A DNA stretch of 64,000 nucleotides from assembly GCA_965178125.1 (NCBI GenBank), contig OZ237768.1:682001-746000 (forward strand), read 5' to 3'. The translations under genes and the position numbers were made by a program. A model generated the notes under the pieces. It saw only the letters and a list, made by a program, of their open reading frames with translations. It had not been told where the DNA came from and did no database searches. The DNA comes from Bilabrum cf. latius (lineage: Eukaryota). Shown piece by piece: positions 1 to 11,910 of the stretch; positions within the stretch are counted from its first letter, which is position 1; each line of letters opens with the position of its first letter.

Positions 1-1449
1 GTCATCATCGCCCTCTCCATCCACGTACTAGACTTCGTCCTCGTCCTCCTCCAGCAATGAGGCAGCAATGGCCTGCTGCAGAGCTGCGATGGAACAATAG
101 GGAAGTTGGAAGTAGAGAGAAACAGGGTGGAAACGGGAACCGGCTAGACCTGGACGAGAGCCACAAAGCGGCCACCTACCCACCCACTGACCCTCCCTCG
201 AAGAGCAGAGCAGAGCAGAGCAGAGCAGGAAACCGTTCCAATTGCCACGCAAACAAGTCACTATACCAAGGCACGATAAAGACCAACTCGTCACGATCTA
301 CTCACCATCATCGTCGTACAGCATCTCTTCCGCGCCGTCCCCGCCGCCGTCATTCTCCGCCGACTCCCCACTCGCGCCCCGGTCCCCCCCCGCGTCACCA
401 GCAGCCCCCGGGGCCGGGGCAGCGGCAGGCGCAGAGGACCCCGGGGCAGAGCTGCCAGCGGGAGCCTAGGAAGACGAGGAAGAAGAAGCCGAGGAGGAGG
501 ACGGTCCGGAGGTGGAGGTGGACGCAGATGCCCCTGCCCCCGCTGCTGCACCCAGGCCTGTGGCCGCCGCCGCACGAGGGCCAGACGCAGCGCCCGCCCG
601 ACCGGCCCCGGCGCCCATGCCAGCTCCCGCCCCCGCCCCCGCTGCGCCGCCACCCATCATGCCAAGCACCGCGGGATTGATGCCCAGGCGAGCCAGCTGC
701 TCCATGCTCACACCGCCGGCGCCACCCATGCCCCCGCCAGCGCCGCCCATGAGCGCCGCCAGCCCGCCCATCCCACCCATGCCTCCCATCCCTGGCATGC
801 CCCGGGGGGCCGCCATGCCCTCGGGCATGCGGCCGTCCATGAGGCGCTGGAACTGGCGCGCGCTCTCGCGTTCCTGGTCCAGTCGCTCGGGAGTGGACGG
901 GCCCTGCAGCCAGAAATAGAACTGGCGGTCGCCTTGCGTGGTCTGCACGGTAAGCTCGCATACGCGAGCAGTCGGATCGGGGCAGCGGACGCGACGGAGC
1001 TTGCCGGCGCCCGGCAGGCACTCGAGGTCGATGTCCGGCCGGGACTGCCCTTTCGGCCGCCAGCGCACGCGCGGCGCACTTCCAGGGGACTCGAGAACGA
1101 TCTACAGCTCTCCTCGGGCTTTCTACGGGATTAGGCGCACCGCGCGTCGCCCTTCAGACATGGGGGCGCTTCGAAGCGAAACACGTCCGGCTTGCAGAAC
1201 TACGGCTGCGCCTCGCGACTGCGAATGGGTTCAACGAGCTTAGTATGGCAGAACAACATGATGCCAGGTTATATCAGGCTGATAATCGCTCGGACTATCG
1301 CTCGAATATCTGCGCTAGCACGGCCACGTCGCTCAAAGCTCGCAACCGAGCAAGCACACTCAATTCGAAAGTCCGTATAAACGCATCGCTATTCAACTCA
1401 CCCTTCCCCGCTCTTCCTATTGCGCCTACTGAAACAGATTTGTTGCCAT
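1..1449 (-). CDS. ADRM1: Proteasome ubiquitin receptor Rpn13/ADRM1-like (Pru domain, C-terminal UIM-like motif); 3' end runs off the window
   Basis: ATG at 1449. Predicted introns 1401-1219 and 305-84, both GTGAG...CGCAG. With TAG=Q the spliced product reads MATNLFQQAQQEERGRSRGAAVVLQAGRVSL...RLIPQKARGELQIV...RVRWRPK...ARVCEL...RQFYFWLQ, matching the Pru AGKM...KG...FFWMQ pattern, then DDDALQQAIAASLLE. Six in-frame TAGs. Confidence 0.75.
202..227 (+). repeat. (AGAGC)n microsatellite inside the predicted ADRM1 intron
   Basis: About five tandem AGAGC units seen directly. Confidence 0.8.
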
Positions 1450-1602
1450 CCTTGCAGTATTTCCAAACTATCCTTGTTGGGCGGGCGTTCCTGGTCGATC
1501 TCGCGATGTGGTATTTGATCGGTTTGTAGCGTAACAAAATCACCACACCCCCTCGGCGTGTCTGTAGCTATTTTCTCAGCCTTTTAGTCGTATTCCAGGC
1601 AG

Positions 1603-3006
1603 ATGAATAGAGCTAGACGTTCATTATCAGTGTTTGGAAGCAGGTGTCGCGATATTGCCTCGCAGGTTGAGGCTACCGTGCCGCTGCAAGCCATCGCGTA
1701 TGTGCCTTGCAGGCAGATATGCCAGTGCACACGAACACAGCGGTCAACCAGCGCAATGCATCCCAGCCGCGAAAGCAACATGTCACGGAAGTTGCATTCT
1801 TCCGTGCGGGCTCGTTAGGTAGGTTCGGGGGGACCAGGCAGTGGCGATGATGACGCCGGCAAGGCCCTGTTCGGCCCTGGAGCAGCTGGAGCCGGATCTG
1901 ATGGAATCTCAGACGCAGAATCGGATGATGAGCTAAAGATGTTGCAGGAAGAAGCCCGCTGGGCCCAAGAAAGGGAGCAGATGGCCTCTGGCACGGGGGA
2001 GTGGGCCGATTTGGCTGGTGCGGGGAGGCAAGGCCTGGACATCGGAGAAGGGGACGCGCAGGGGGAGTAGCAGGATGCCCACGGCTTTGCAAGTGGGGAC
2101 GATGAAAACGAGGAGGAGAAGGAAGAGAGGCGGCTGGAGGCGCAGGCCCGTCGCCCCGTGCCCCTCTCGGAGGAAGAGGCGGCCAGGCTGACCAAGGCGG
2201 AGCTCAAGCAGCTGCGGATGCAGGAGGCAGAGGCGGACAGGCACCGCAGGCCCGAGGACTTGGAGGCCGAGTTGAGGACTCTGCCCCAGCAGCAGGCCGC
2301 CACGTGGCACTCCCGCATGCAGTCCTTCGTGAGCGCCGTGTACGATGACCCTGACGCGCACAGGGAGGCTGAGGGGGGGCCCGGTTCTGGGAGCGGGGGG
2401 GGAGGAGGGGGGGGCCTGGAGGGAGACGCCGAGCTGCAGACCACGCCCAAGTATTCCGGTTTGGGCGCCCTCTCCATGAGCGATCCGATCCGGTTCGAGC
2501 GGCTGGCTCTGGCACAGAGGCTCATGGACCCGGACGATGGGGTCGCGCCGTACTGCGTGTTCTGCGTGCACGGGACCGATATGCTGCGGGCGGACAACAC
2601 GCGGCTGCTCTCTCAGTTCGTGGGCGGGGATGGAGCGTTGTTCCCTAGGAGGATGACGAACGTGTGCGCCAAGCACCAGCGCAAGCTAGCTAGGACCCTC
2701 AAGAAGTCGAGGTGGATGGGCCTGGTGCCTCTCAGGAGCAAGCTGCACCCGGCACTGCGGTCGGTGGGCATGGGCGAGGACGATTTCGGGAGGGGGGCGG
2801 CGGGTGTGGGTGATTTGCCGCCGGTTGGGGGGGCCTCTGCCGCCGTGGAGGACATGGGGCTAGGGGCGCAGGGGGGGGGCATGCCCGGGGGGGGGGGGGG
2901 CGGAGGGGCAGGGGGGGCCAGGGGCAGATCTGGACGCGGCGATGGCGGAGCTCTCGCTGGCGATCGGCGGGGAGGGGGGTGCGCCGGGGCGGGCTTGATC
3001 CTCTGA
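1603..3006 (+). CDS. MRPS18: Mitochondrial ribosomal protein bS18m with long N-terminal extension
   Basis: S18 motif NTRLLSQFVGGDGALFPRRMTNVCAKHQRKLARTLKKSRWMGLVP. The frame stays open from ATG 1603 (Arg/Ser-rich, presequence-like N-terminus) through TAGs at 1816 and 2068 to TGA 3004-3006. The poly-G run near 2887-2900 makes the C-terminal frame uncertain. Confidence 0.8.
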
Positions 3007-3052
3007 TCCGATCTGATCCGATCTGATCCGATCTGATCCGATCTGATCCGAT
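3002..3052 (+). repeat. (TCTGATCCGA)5 decamer tandem repeat starting at the MRPS18 stop codon
   Basis: Five perfect 10-bp units seen directly. Confidence 0.9.
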
Positions 3053-3329
3053 TCGAAGTTTGAAATTCGAATTTCGGAATCTGGTCTGTGCTGCGGCTCG
3101 GGGGTGGGCTGAGGGCGCATGGGGATTCATTCCTCGGTTGGAGTGTGGTGTATAGAGACAGTCGTCGCGTGTGACTGTGTCGACAGTATTGTACGTCACA
3201 CAAACGTACACCACCACACATCACACTGCCACCACTGGCTGGGGGACCTACCTGCCATGGATCCGGAATCAGTGTTGTCCCGGCCAGATCAATTGCTCCA
3301 CTGTGCTCCGAGTACATCACTAGGCTACG

Positions 3330-5855
3330 ATGCAGAGACTAAGCGTTATTCGATCTCGCTCTACTCGGCTCGTACAAAGCCTGAAGTCGCGCATCCGCGG
3401 CAGATTCCAGGCCGTACCACTCGCAGTGCCACGTCACGTGCACTGTTCTTGCACTCGCTTGTGTTCCGATGCTGCGAAACAATCTGCGCTTGGTATTGAG
3501 CTGGGTGGAAAGGCAGACGATATGCGACAGGCAGCAGCAGAGGCGCTTGCTCCGTTTCGCGACTCACCGCCGTCTGCGCTAGCGATCATGCTACCGCTAA
3601 CAGTTCGCACGCCCACTCCTGCCAGGCTTGCAACGAAGAGCGTCCTGTCATTCCCCGAGGCGACTGCTGCAATGGGCTCAATTCTCTCTGGACAGCCACA
3701 CCGAGCCGTGGAGCCGCTGGAGGGAGTTGTGCGAGCGCTTGACGCCGCCATCGGACCTTCCTCAGCGCCGGCGGTGGCCGCCAGGCAATTCCTGGCGACT
3801 GCTCAGTACCAGAGCAACAAATCAAAGGAAGGCGCTCGTACCCTCCGGGCGATCCTCGGCGGTTTGCTCGGCGAAGACCCCGACGACGGCTCACTGCTGC
3901 TCCCCGGCCTGGCAGCATCGGACCAGAGCTCAGCCAAGCGGCCCGCAGCACACCCCGAAGACATTTTCTCGGCGCTACAAGCGGCCACTGTGTACTCTCT
4001 CACGCACGACCAAGGGGACAGCGCCGCTGCGTGGGCAGACGAGCTGCTGATCGCCATCCACGCGTGGGCTCCAGGGGAGGACGACCAAGGGCCGGTGAGG
4101 TGGATGGACCCGGCCGAGAGCGCGGCACTGGCAGGCGTACCGGTCCCGGAAGTGAACCCGAACGCCGGACTCTCCACTGATGAGGTGCTTGCAGCGTGGC
4201 AAGTGCACGCCCACTGCCTTGCTCTGATGGCCCTGGGGCAGCGGATCGCAGAGGGCGTGCCTCTGCCGGGTGCAGCGCACGGTGCTGCACGGGGTGACTC
4301 GGGTCAGTCAGCTGTGGAGGTGGAGGTGGAGCTGGACGATCCCCGCGTGCACCACGCGAGGGGCAGCAGCGCCGTACTGACCCTGCAGGTGGCCGAGGTC
4401 AGGGAGGGGCTGCACAGGCACTCGCGCGCTGCGGGGGCGCTCCTGGACCTGGCTCTTTCCGAGGTGGCAGCTTCTTTGGAATCGAGAGGATCGAGCATAG
4501 AGGAGGTGTGGGGGGCGGCCGAGTCTGAGGAGGCACCAAGGGCAATTGCAGGAACTGAGAGCAAGGGGTTGCAACCGCCTCCTGCGCTGTCTAGCCTTGG
4601 CTTGCGCGCGTCGGCCTTAAGTTAGCTGAGCAGCTTCTGCCTTGGGGATCCGCGCGATAAGACAGGATCGAACGGCGACAGTGGGGGCTCCGAAGTCAGC
4701 GGCGATTTCGCTACTGCAAGACGGGCTGCAGCCGATGCTTAGATGCTGCGCGCGCAGAGCGTGCACGAGGAGATACTGCGCGTCGTTGGTATTGGAATGC
4801 TTGGTGAGGCTGCCGCCAGGAATCCTGGTCATCGCCTGGACACCGCACCCGACGGGACAGGGACCGACGTTGCCGGCGGTAAGACTCCTGCAGAGAACCC
4901 AAGCGGGTCTTTTAAGGCCGTGGACGCAGCCACGGTATGGACAAGCAGCGCACTTGCGTGCGTTGATGCCCATCTGCAGCCACCCCCGGCGTGGTTGAAT
5001 CAGGTTCACCAATCAAGCATGGAGTGCTTGGATCACGCAAGTGAAGCGTCAGGAGCGATTACAGAGGCCGGTGGGCTCCCGAGCCCTGCTGTATCCACGC
5101 ACTCTCCTATTCTTCGATTTTCAAGAGTAAGCTGCTCAGAATCCCGACAGAAGCCAGGTCATTAGACGCAGTTTTCGATTGAGCATGCGTTATCAAGTCA
5201 CGCAGCTCAGGTTGCATTGTTTTCGACTTGGAAATGTTTGCAAGGTTGTCTACTCAGCACCTTGGCAGATTTGAGCATCGCAAAGGAAAATGCAGTCAGT
5301 GCAGAAGGATACTACTTGTCTGCAGAGGATGCTTGGCAGGCTTGTGCCAATCTAAGAAGCTCATCCGGAATGATAGATACCGCAAAGTTCAAGGCAACTG
5401 TTAATTTAGATTTGCCTACTTCGAAGGCATGGAAGCATGCAACAGTACGGCGAGCTTAGATGCTCTCTATTTGGGAGAATCGGGAGTCCGACGCTTTGTA
5501 GTTATTTAGGCGATGCTTTGGAAATAGCCTAGGCGAAGCCCATTCAATGTTTGGACCTCGATTTGCAGACAAATCTCATCCTGGAACGAATGCTTTGAGC
5601 ATTGCGGAGCAGATTGGGAATAATAGCAAGTCGCCAATCGTAGGAGCAGTTCGTAAAGTTGGTGGGAGTACCGCAGACATCAAATCGTCGAAGATGTTTC
5701 TATCAAAGCTTGAATCATCATCTTCGTTGCTTCCTTCACTAGTTTCTCAGGGTGATGGCTGGGCTTTTGGAAACAATTGTACATTTGGGCTATTTCAGAG
5801 ATTCGGTCAGACATCTGATGTACTGATGACAGCGAGGATTCCTGCACGTGGGTAA
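3330..5855 (+). CDS. Hypothetical helical (TPR-like) protein, possibly mitochondrial, about 841 aa
   Basis: ORF-track pieces 3330-4625, 4743-5165, 5217-5459 and 5547-5855 share one frame and are separated only by five TAGs. Ends in TAA. Arg/Ser-rich N-terminus. The family assignment is weak. Confidence 0.6.
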
Positions 5856-5863
5856 AGGCTGAA

Positions 5864-8800
5864 TTAAAAAAGTTTACCTGTCAATGCAAGAACTAGGAAT
5901 AAACCTATCACTACGAAGTTGAGAGCTGGAACAGCAGGTCCAATAAAAGCTGTGTAACGTTGTAAAATTACATAGATCAAAAGACCCATCACCAGGAAAC
6001 CAACATGAGCCAAAGGAAACTCATTGCTTCCTAGTAATTCACGTTCCTTCTTTTTAATAGGGCTATCTATTGTAGACAAATACATCTTGTCTCTAGTGCG
6101 AATTCTCCGTCTAAGCATCATTGAAAGTCGAGGGTTGTCAGTTTGGAGCCTTCGCATTCGAGATATCTCCGATTTAGGCCACCTTTCAAGCTGCATCAAC
6201 TTGTGGCTTGCCGCTTCTACAATACTTTTCGACGATATCGCATCACCGAATTCGAGAAGAAGAGTGTGCGATCCACTAGAAACTTGTAGCTACTGCTCTA
6301 TTAGAGTCTTCAAATCAGTGACTTGATACTTGTCTGCAAGCATGTAGTCCTACATGCATTCTCTCTAACTGAAAACAAGACGAACTCCACTGTACATCGA
6401 AGCTACAACTCGAAAGAAAGAGGCTGCGTCGTCTGGAATGTCAATTTCAATCAACTCGCCTGGATGCAATGGATCATTATCGATCCGACTACCGTCAGCC
6501 GTTGAAAGCCGTAGCGACTTGCCATCATCATCTTTATCAAACTCGGCGAAAAGATGATTAAAGTATTCTGAGCATGACGATAGTACTGCTCTGTGGCATA
6601 GCACTTGTGCTGACCCTACGTTAAAGATAACGTCCGGACATCCAAAGCCAAGTGCACTGTCATTCAGCATTATACCAGGAGCAGAGGCAGCGCGCTTAAA
6701 GCATGAAATTAAAATTGATGAATCGGCTACTTCGAGTCTAGCATCGTTTCCTGTCTTATTTGCCCTCGCAGCAGCGATCATTGGGGCTTCTAGTGCTAGT
6801 GTGCACACTGCCGCCAGGTTCAATAATTCAAGTTCCCTAGCGAGCTCACGCAACTCAAACACAGTATCCGCATTAACTTCATTTCGACGTGAATCAGATC
6901 CTGGGCGAATCGATGCGGCTATCAGGGATGTGGAGAGCGTACCACAATACATGAATTCCAAACACATTGAAGCAACAACTGGACTGATGCCACGCCAGCG
7001 AAGAGTAGGCCTGGATATGTCAGACGAATCACTAAGCTGCACCAGAATGCGCTGCTGCAAAACCGATGACCGTACTGCCAGAATACCGACGTGGGCTCCA
7101 AATCTCACTCCTGCATCAGTTTCAATGACGCAGTTCGGGCGCACATTGACAGAGAAGTCCATATGCCACAATGGGGCCATTCGCAATGGTAGCCCAAATA
7201 GCCCTGAGGGTGAACTATGCTGCAAAAAATCAAGCCAGCCAGCGAACGGCTTCATGATGGGTGCACCTGGGCTTGTAATCGATGGGCGGTGCTATCCTGC
7301 GGGAGGGAGTAGGCGGGATTTATGGGCACCTTCCCGGCTGCCGGCTTGAACAACCACTGTGTGCCAGCCTCCACAGCATAGCGCCGTGGAGATGTGGCTG
7401 CAAGCTGCTGTTGCACCATCAACAGCACCCTAAAGGCCACGAGCGGTCTGACTGGAAAAGCCGGTCTCCGCTCCTTCTTGAATAGCTTTCGGATGAAGCT
7501 CTACTAGATGTGATTGTGGCTAGCGGCCTAGGGCGTTTCCGAGCACCACGGGCAGCGCGGAAGATAAGTCTTGCGAACTGTTGGTTCCGGCCGTCAGAGT
7601 GCCGAGGCGGCCCCTGCCTTCTTCGTCGCCATCGATTTCGTCATCATCATCGATGTCGCCGTCGTCGTCATTGTCGTCGTCTTCATCACCACCATGGATA
7701 CCTTCTTCAGAAGCGGCACCTGCTAGCTCTGCGCCATCTCCTGCTTCGGCTTCCGCGGTCCCATCCCCCCTGGTTGGATCCCTCCGGCCCAGGACGGCCC
7801 CCTGGTCGGTGCCGAACACGAAGACCTGGCCATCAGCCGTCAACACCGCGCTGTGCAGGGCACCTCCAGAGGCCTGCACAGCCACTAGGCCAGAGGGCTC
7901 TAGCATGCAGCTCGCAAACCCACCATCCTCGCCGTCGGCACCAGCCCCAGCTCGGGCGACTCCGTCCCCGTCCAGCCGTGGCCGCTGCCGCAGGGTAGCT
8001 CCAGCGAGCGATTGTACCAGCCGCGGCCGCAGCCACGGCTGCCGCAGTAAGCGAAGCCGGCGCGCTCGACCGGCACCGGCACCGCCCGCGCTAGCCTCAT
8101 CGTCCTCAGAATCTGAGTCGGGCTTGGAGCCAGCTCCAGCGCTACCGGTGGGATCATCGGCGTGGCTGGGGGGTACCTCACCGGGCCGGGCGTCAGACAG
8201 CCCGCTCGCTGCCTCCACCTCGGCTGCCCTGCGGGCCGCCACTCGCGCCGCTGCTCGCGACAAGTCTTCGTCCCCATGCCCCAGCATGGCACCGCCCCCG
8301 CCGCCCCACGTCCACAGACCGCCTCTGTCGTCGATGGCCAGACTGTGAGCCAGCCCGCAGGCACCGCGCACGAATCGCACGCGGACTCTGCTGCGGCCAC
8401 CTGCTGTCGATGCAGCTCCTGAGCCCGATGAACCAGGTCTTGTCCCGGACACGGCGCGATACGCCCGCACTCGCCGTGGCCTGTCGCTGTCAGCAGTGCC
8501 ACCAGTGCCCAGCTGCCCTGAGCCGCCCTTGCCCCAGGTCCACAGTCTGCCTGCTCTGTCCACGCACAGCGCGTGGCACTCACCGCAGGCGACGTGCCTC
8601 ACCAACGGCCTCCCCCCATAACCCTGACTCCCATCCCCCTCCCCACCCCCGTTGGGCTCCTCCTCCCCGCTGGCCCGCCCCAGCACCCACACCCTCGAAG
8701 GCAGCAGGCTCACCCGGGACAGCTGCGAGCCGCGCCCGCCCCCTGTGCGCACCACCGGTGGCGGCCCCCTGCCCAGCCTCCCGCTCGCCCTTTTCCCCCA

Positions 8801-11749
8801 AGAGAACACGCTGCCACCCTCGGTAAGCGCCAGACTGAACCCTCCCCCCGCCGCCACCATGGCAGGACCGCCCTCCCCCTTCGAGTACATCTCGCGCGTC
8901 CACACGAGAGAGGGCCCCCACTCGCTGCGGCCCTGCGGTCTACCCACGGCGGTGCCAGACCCGCACGCATAGATCCACCTCGTCTAGTCCTCGGAGCCCC
9001 CTTGCCTGCTACTCGACTCCACGCCGCCAGATGGCAGGTCCCCGCCGCTTCCCCCGTCCATTTCTTCATTAGCCCCGCCCTCCCCATCCCTGCTTGCCAG
9101 CTGCTTCTCCTTCTGACCCGGGTCAGGGCCCTTCACCAGAAACAGGGTGTGGCACCCGAGCACATCTGACCCACACGCTGCCATCTCCACCGCCCCCCGC
9201 CGCCCAAGGTCCTCCACGAGGGTTGGCCTCAGCCGCGTATCAGAGTCGCCCAGCCCCAGGGCACCGTCCGCCCCTGAGCCCCAGGTAAAAGCCATACCCT
9301 CCTCCGTCACGGCGGCACAGTGGTACCACGAGCAAGACACCTGGCGCACCCTCACGAGCCCCAGCTCCATCCCCAGCGGCAGCAGACAGGGCCAGGCCCG
9401 GTCCCGCCCATCCCCCAGCCCCAGCACCCCATGGTCACCCCTGCCCCACGCTATGGTGCGCGTGTGTGTGGGCAGCACGTCCCTCGGCAGGTGTCCCTCA
9501 TCCACGGGGGTCCAGGCCTTCACGGCGCGGGCTGCTCTCGCCTCTGCTAGCAGCTGCTGCTGCCCCTATCCCAGCCCATCAGCTCCAGCCCCCTGTTCCT
9601 TGGGCCCCTCTGTCCCCAGGGCACGCTGCGTTTCCGCCACTGGATCATGGGGCCAGCACCGAAACAGGGGCGCAATGCTTGGGGGCAGGCCCACCTTGCG
9701 CTCCTCGTGGCTTTCGGCGTTTGATGAGCTGCGGCTGGTCCCATCCTGGGTATCGCCTGCGGCCAGCCCCGACTGGGTCGCATGCAGCAGCAGCTCGCGC
9801 GCCACACACTACACCTACACTGAGGGTGCACCCGCGCCCACTAGCTCCATGCTGTCCGTGTCCGTGTCCTTGCCCTTGTCCTTGTCCTTGTCTCCCTTCG
9901 AGTCAGCTTCGTCACCAGGACCAGGTGCATGCGCACGCACGAAGAACCGCTGCCTAAGGGTGGCACGCACCATCGCCCACGGCTGCACCTGCTCATGGCT
10001 CAGGTCCTCCGGATGCTCCCCGTCCGCCTTGCTCTCCTCTTGACCCTCAGCCCCCGCCAAGGATTTGGGCCCTGCCCGCTGCCTCTCAACAGCCGCTGCA
10101 TCCTCCTGCCCCAGCACTGCGAACCAAAGCGGCGTGTCCGCAAGGACCTCGCTGCCCCACGCGCCCTCCCACACGCCCGCCCTGGCGCGCACGCACACAG
10201 GCTCCTCTGCACTTGACGATTCCCACGCCGCACGCGCCCGCGCGGTGGCACCTGCCCCGTGGCCCCGTGCCCTCACGGTGGCTTCGATCGGGAGGGGCCC
10301 CGCCCCGCACAGCACCGGGGAACAGACCCCTGGGACTGCAAGCAGCCGCTCGCACACTCGCTGCAGCACTGGCAGCACGCACCCTCGCTGGGCCATAGCA
10401 AGAATGACAGCTGCCGCGCGGGCAGATGCAGGCAGCACCCTCAGCCCGCCAGGTCCTGCCCCAGTCCCATCCCCAGCGCCACTCCTCGCCGAGCCCCCGC
10501 CCCTAAGCATTGGGTGCTCCCACGCGGGCTGCTCTCCACCCCTTGCCAGTCCTCTGTCGCTCTGCTCCAGCTCAGCAGCCAACCGACGCACCAGCAACCT
10601 GCTTCCCGGTGGAATCTCCACAGACCCTCCCTACTCCTGGCCCCCCTGTCCCTCTCCCTCTCCCGCTTGGGAAGCCTTGTGTCGCAGCTTATCACGCTCT
10701 GCCGTCTTCGACACATGCAGACGCTGCAGCACCCGCCGCCCGGAAACTGCCCACACGTCCCCACGGGCAACCATGCACGCATCAGCTGCAGCTGACCCGA
10801 GGCCTCGGTCTCCTGCCGCCCCCTTCTCACCCCACCCGGCTCCAATCACGCCGCAAGACTATTCCAACTCACGGCGGCCCACCTGCACAGAATCCCCTAC
10901 AGCTAGACCGGCAAGGCCTTGTCGTGCGTTCTCACTGCCCCCGCCGTCCACTGCATCCAAGGCAAGCGCACACTCGGCACCCACAAGCCCCTGGCCCCCC
11001 ACCCCCTTCTGGTCGCCGCCCAATGCGGCACCCGCTGCTGCAGCACCCCAAATCCCCTCCACCAGCGCTTTCTGCACGCCCGCTCTGCCCCTCGCGCCCG
11101 CGATGCTGGCCTCCAGAGCCCTGATACTCTCCCGGCTGGAGGCAAGGTCACGCTGGGCAGGCACGAGCGGCCCACCCGGCACCTCCTCCTCCTGCTCCTC
11201 CATGCCAGCCCCGCTGGATGGGGCATTTGGACGGGCAACACCGACTGTGCTGCCACCGTGGAGGATGGTAGCGAGAACGCGCTGTCTGGACGCGATTTCA
11301 AGCGCTGACCGCGGGCCTGGCGGGGGCAGGTACTCCGGCTCGAGATCGTAGTCAAGGCCGTCTGGGTCGTAGCCGTCCGGGTCGACAGACCCGTCCAGCG
11401 ACCCTTCAATTGACCCCTACCAGGAAAACGCCATGGCTGAGCCTGACTGAGCGGCCGATGCCATCTCCCGGCGGAGACGCTCCGTACCGTAATCTGGCGC
11501 TGCTGGTTTGGGCTTCTGGATGGTCTGGTCGTCCTCTTCGTCAGAAAACACCTCTGCGAATTCATCTTCATCCTGCTACCACTAGTTTCCAGCTTCACCA
11601 CTAGATATTGCAGTTTCTGCCTCGCTCATTCCGGCACCAGCTTCGTGCTCAGTGTCTGTTGTTGGAGCGGGCCCCTCATTCACCTGCCTTGCTCCATGGG
11701 CACTCTTCGCCTCAGCGAAATCAGTACTTGATGTACCACTAGCATTCAT
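5864..11749 (-). CDS. Large RCC1-repeat plus tandem BTB/POZ protein with C-terminal hydrophobic segments, about 1960 aa
   Basis: Nine ORF-track fragments share one frame and are joined by about 14 TAGs. RCC1 repeats (WGRGDHGVLGLG, VSCSWYHCAAVTEEGMAFTWGSG, VACGECHALCV). BTB motifs (FGAHVGILAVRS...LEFMYCG; DVIFNVGSAQVLCHRAVLSSCSEYF...LADKYQV). Ends TAA 5864-5866. Alternative start at 11806. Confidence 0.75.
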
Positions 11750-11910
11750 ATTAGATGCGAGGACTTGCACCAGGCACTATCGACCAATCTTTAAATGCGA
11801 ACGCATCAAGCAGGTTCTCGTGCGTTGCGTGGCGCCGCGCAATGCTCGAACGGAACCAATGGCAGTGCTCCGCGGGTGGATTTGATGGACCGTGCTCAAC
11901 GAGTTTCGGG

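Noticed and set aside
1274-1624. Small minus-strand ORF with faint SRP14-like resemblance
   Set aside because: The region is better explained by ADRM1 exon 1 and intron 1, and this ORF would overlap the MRPS18 start.
3002-3052. Telomeric repeat
   Set aside because: It is a short internal decamer microsatellite with no resemblance to G-rich telomere units.
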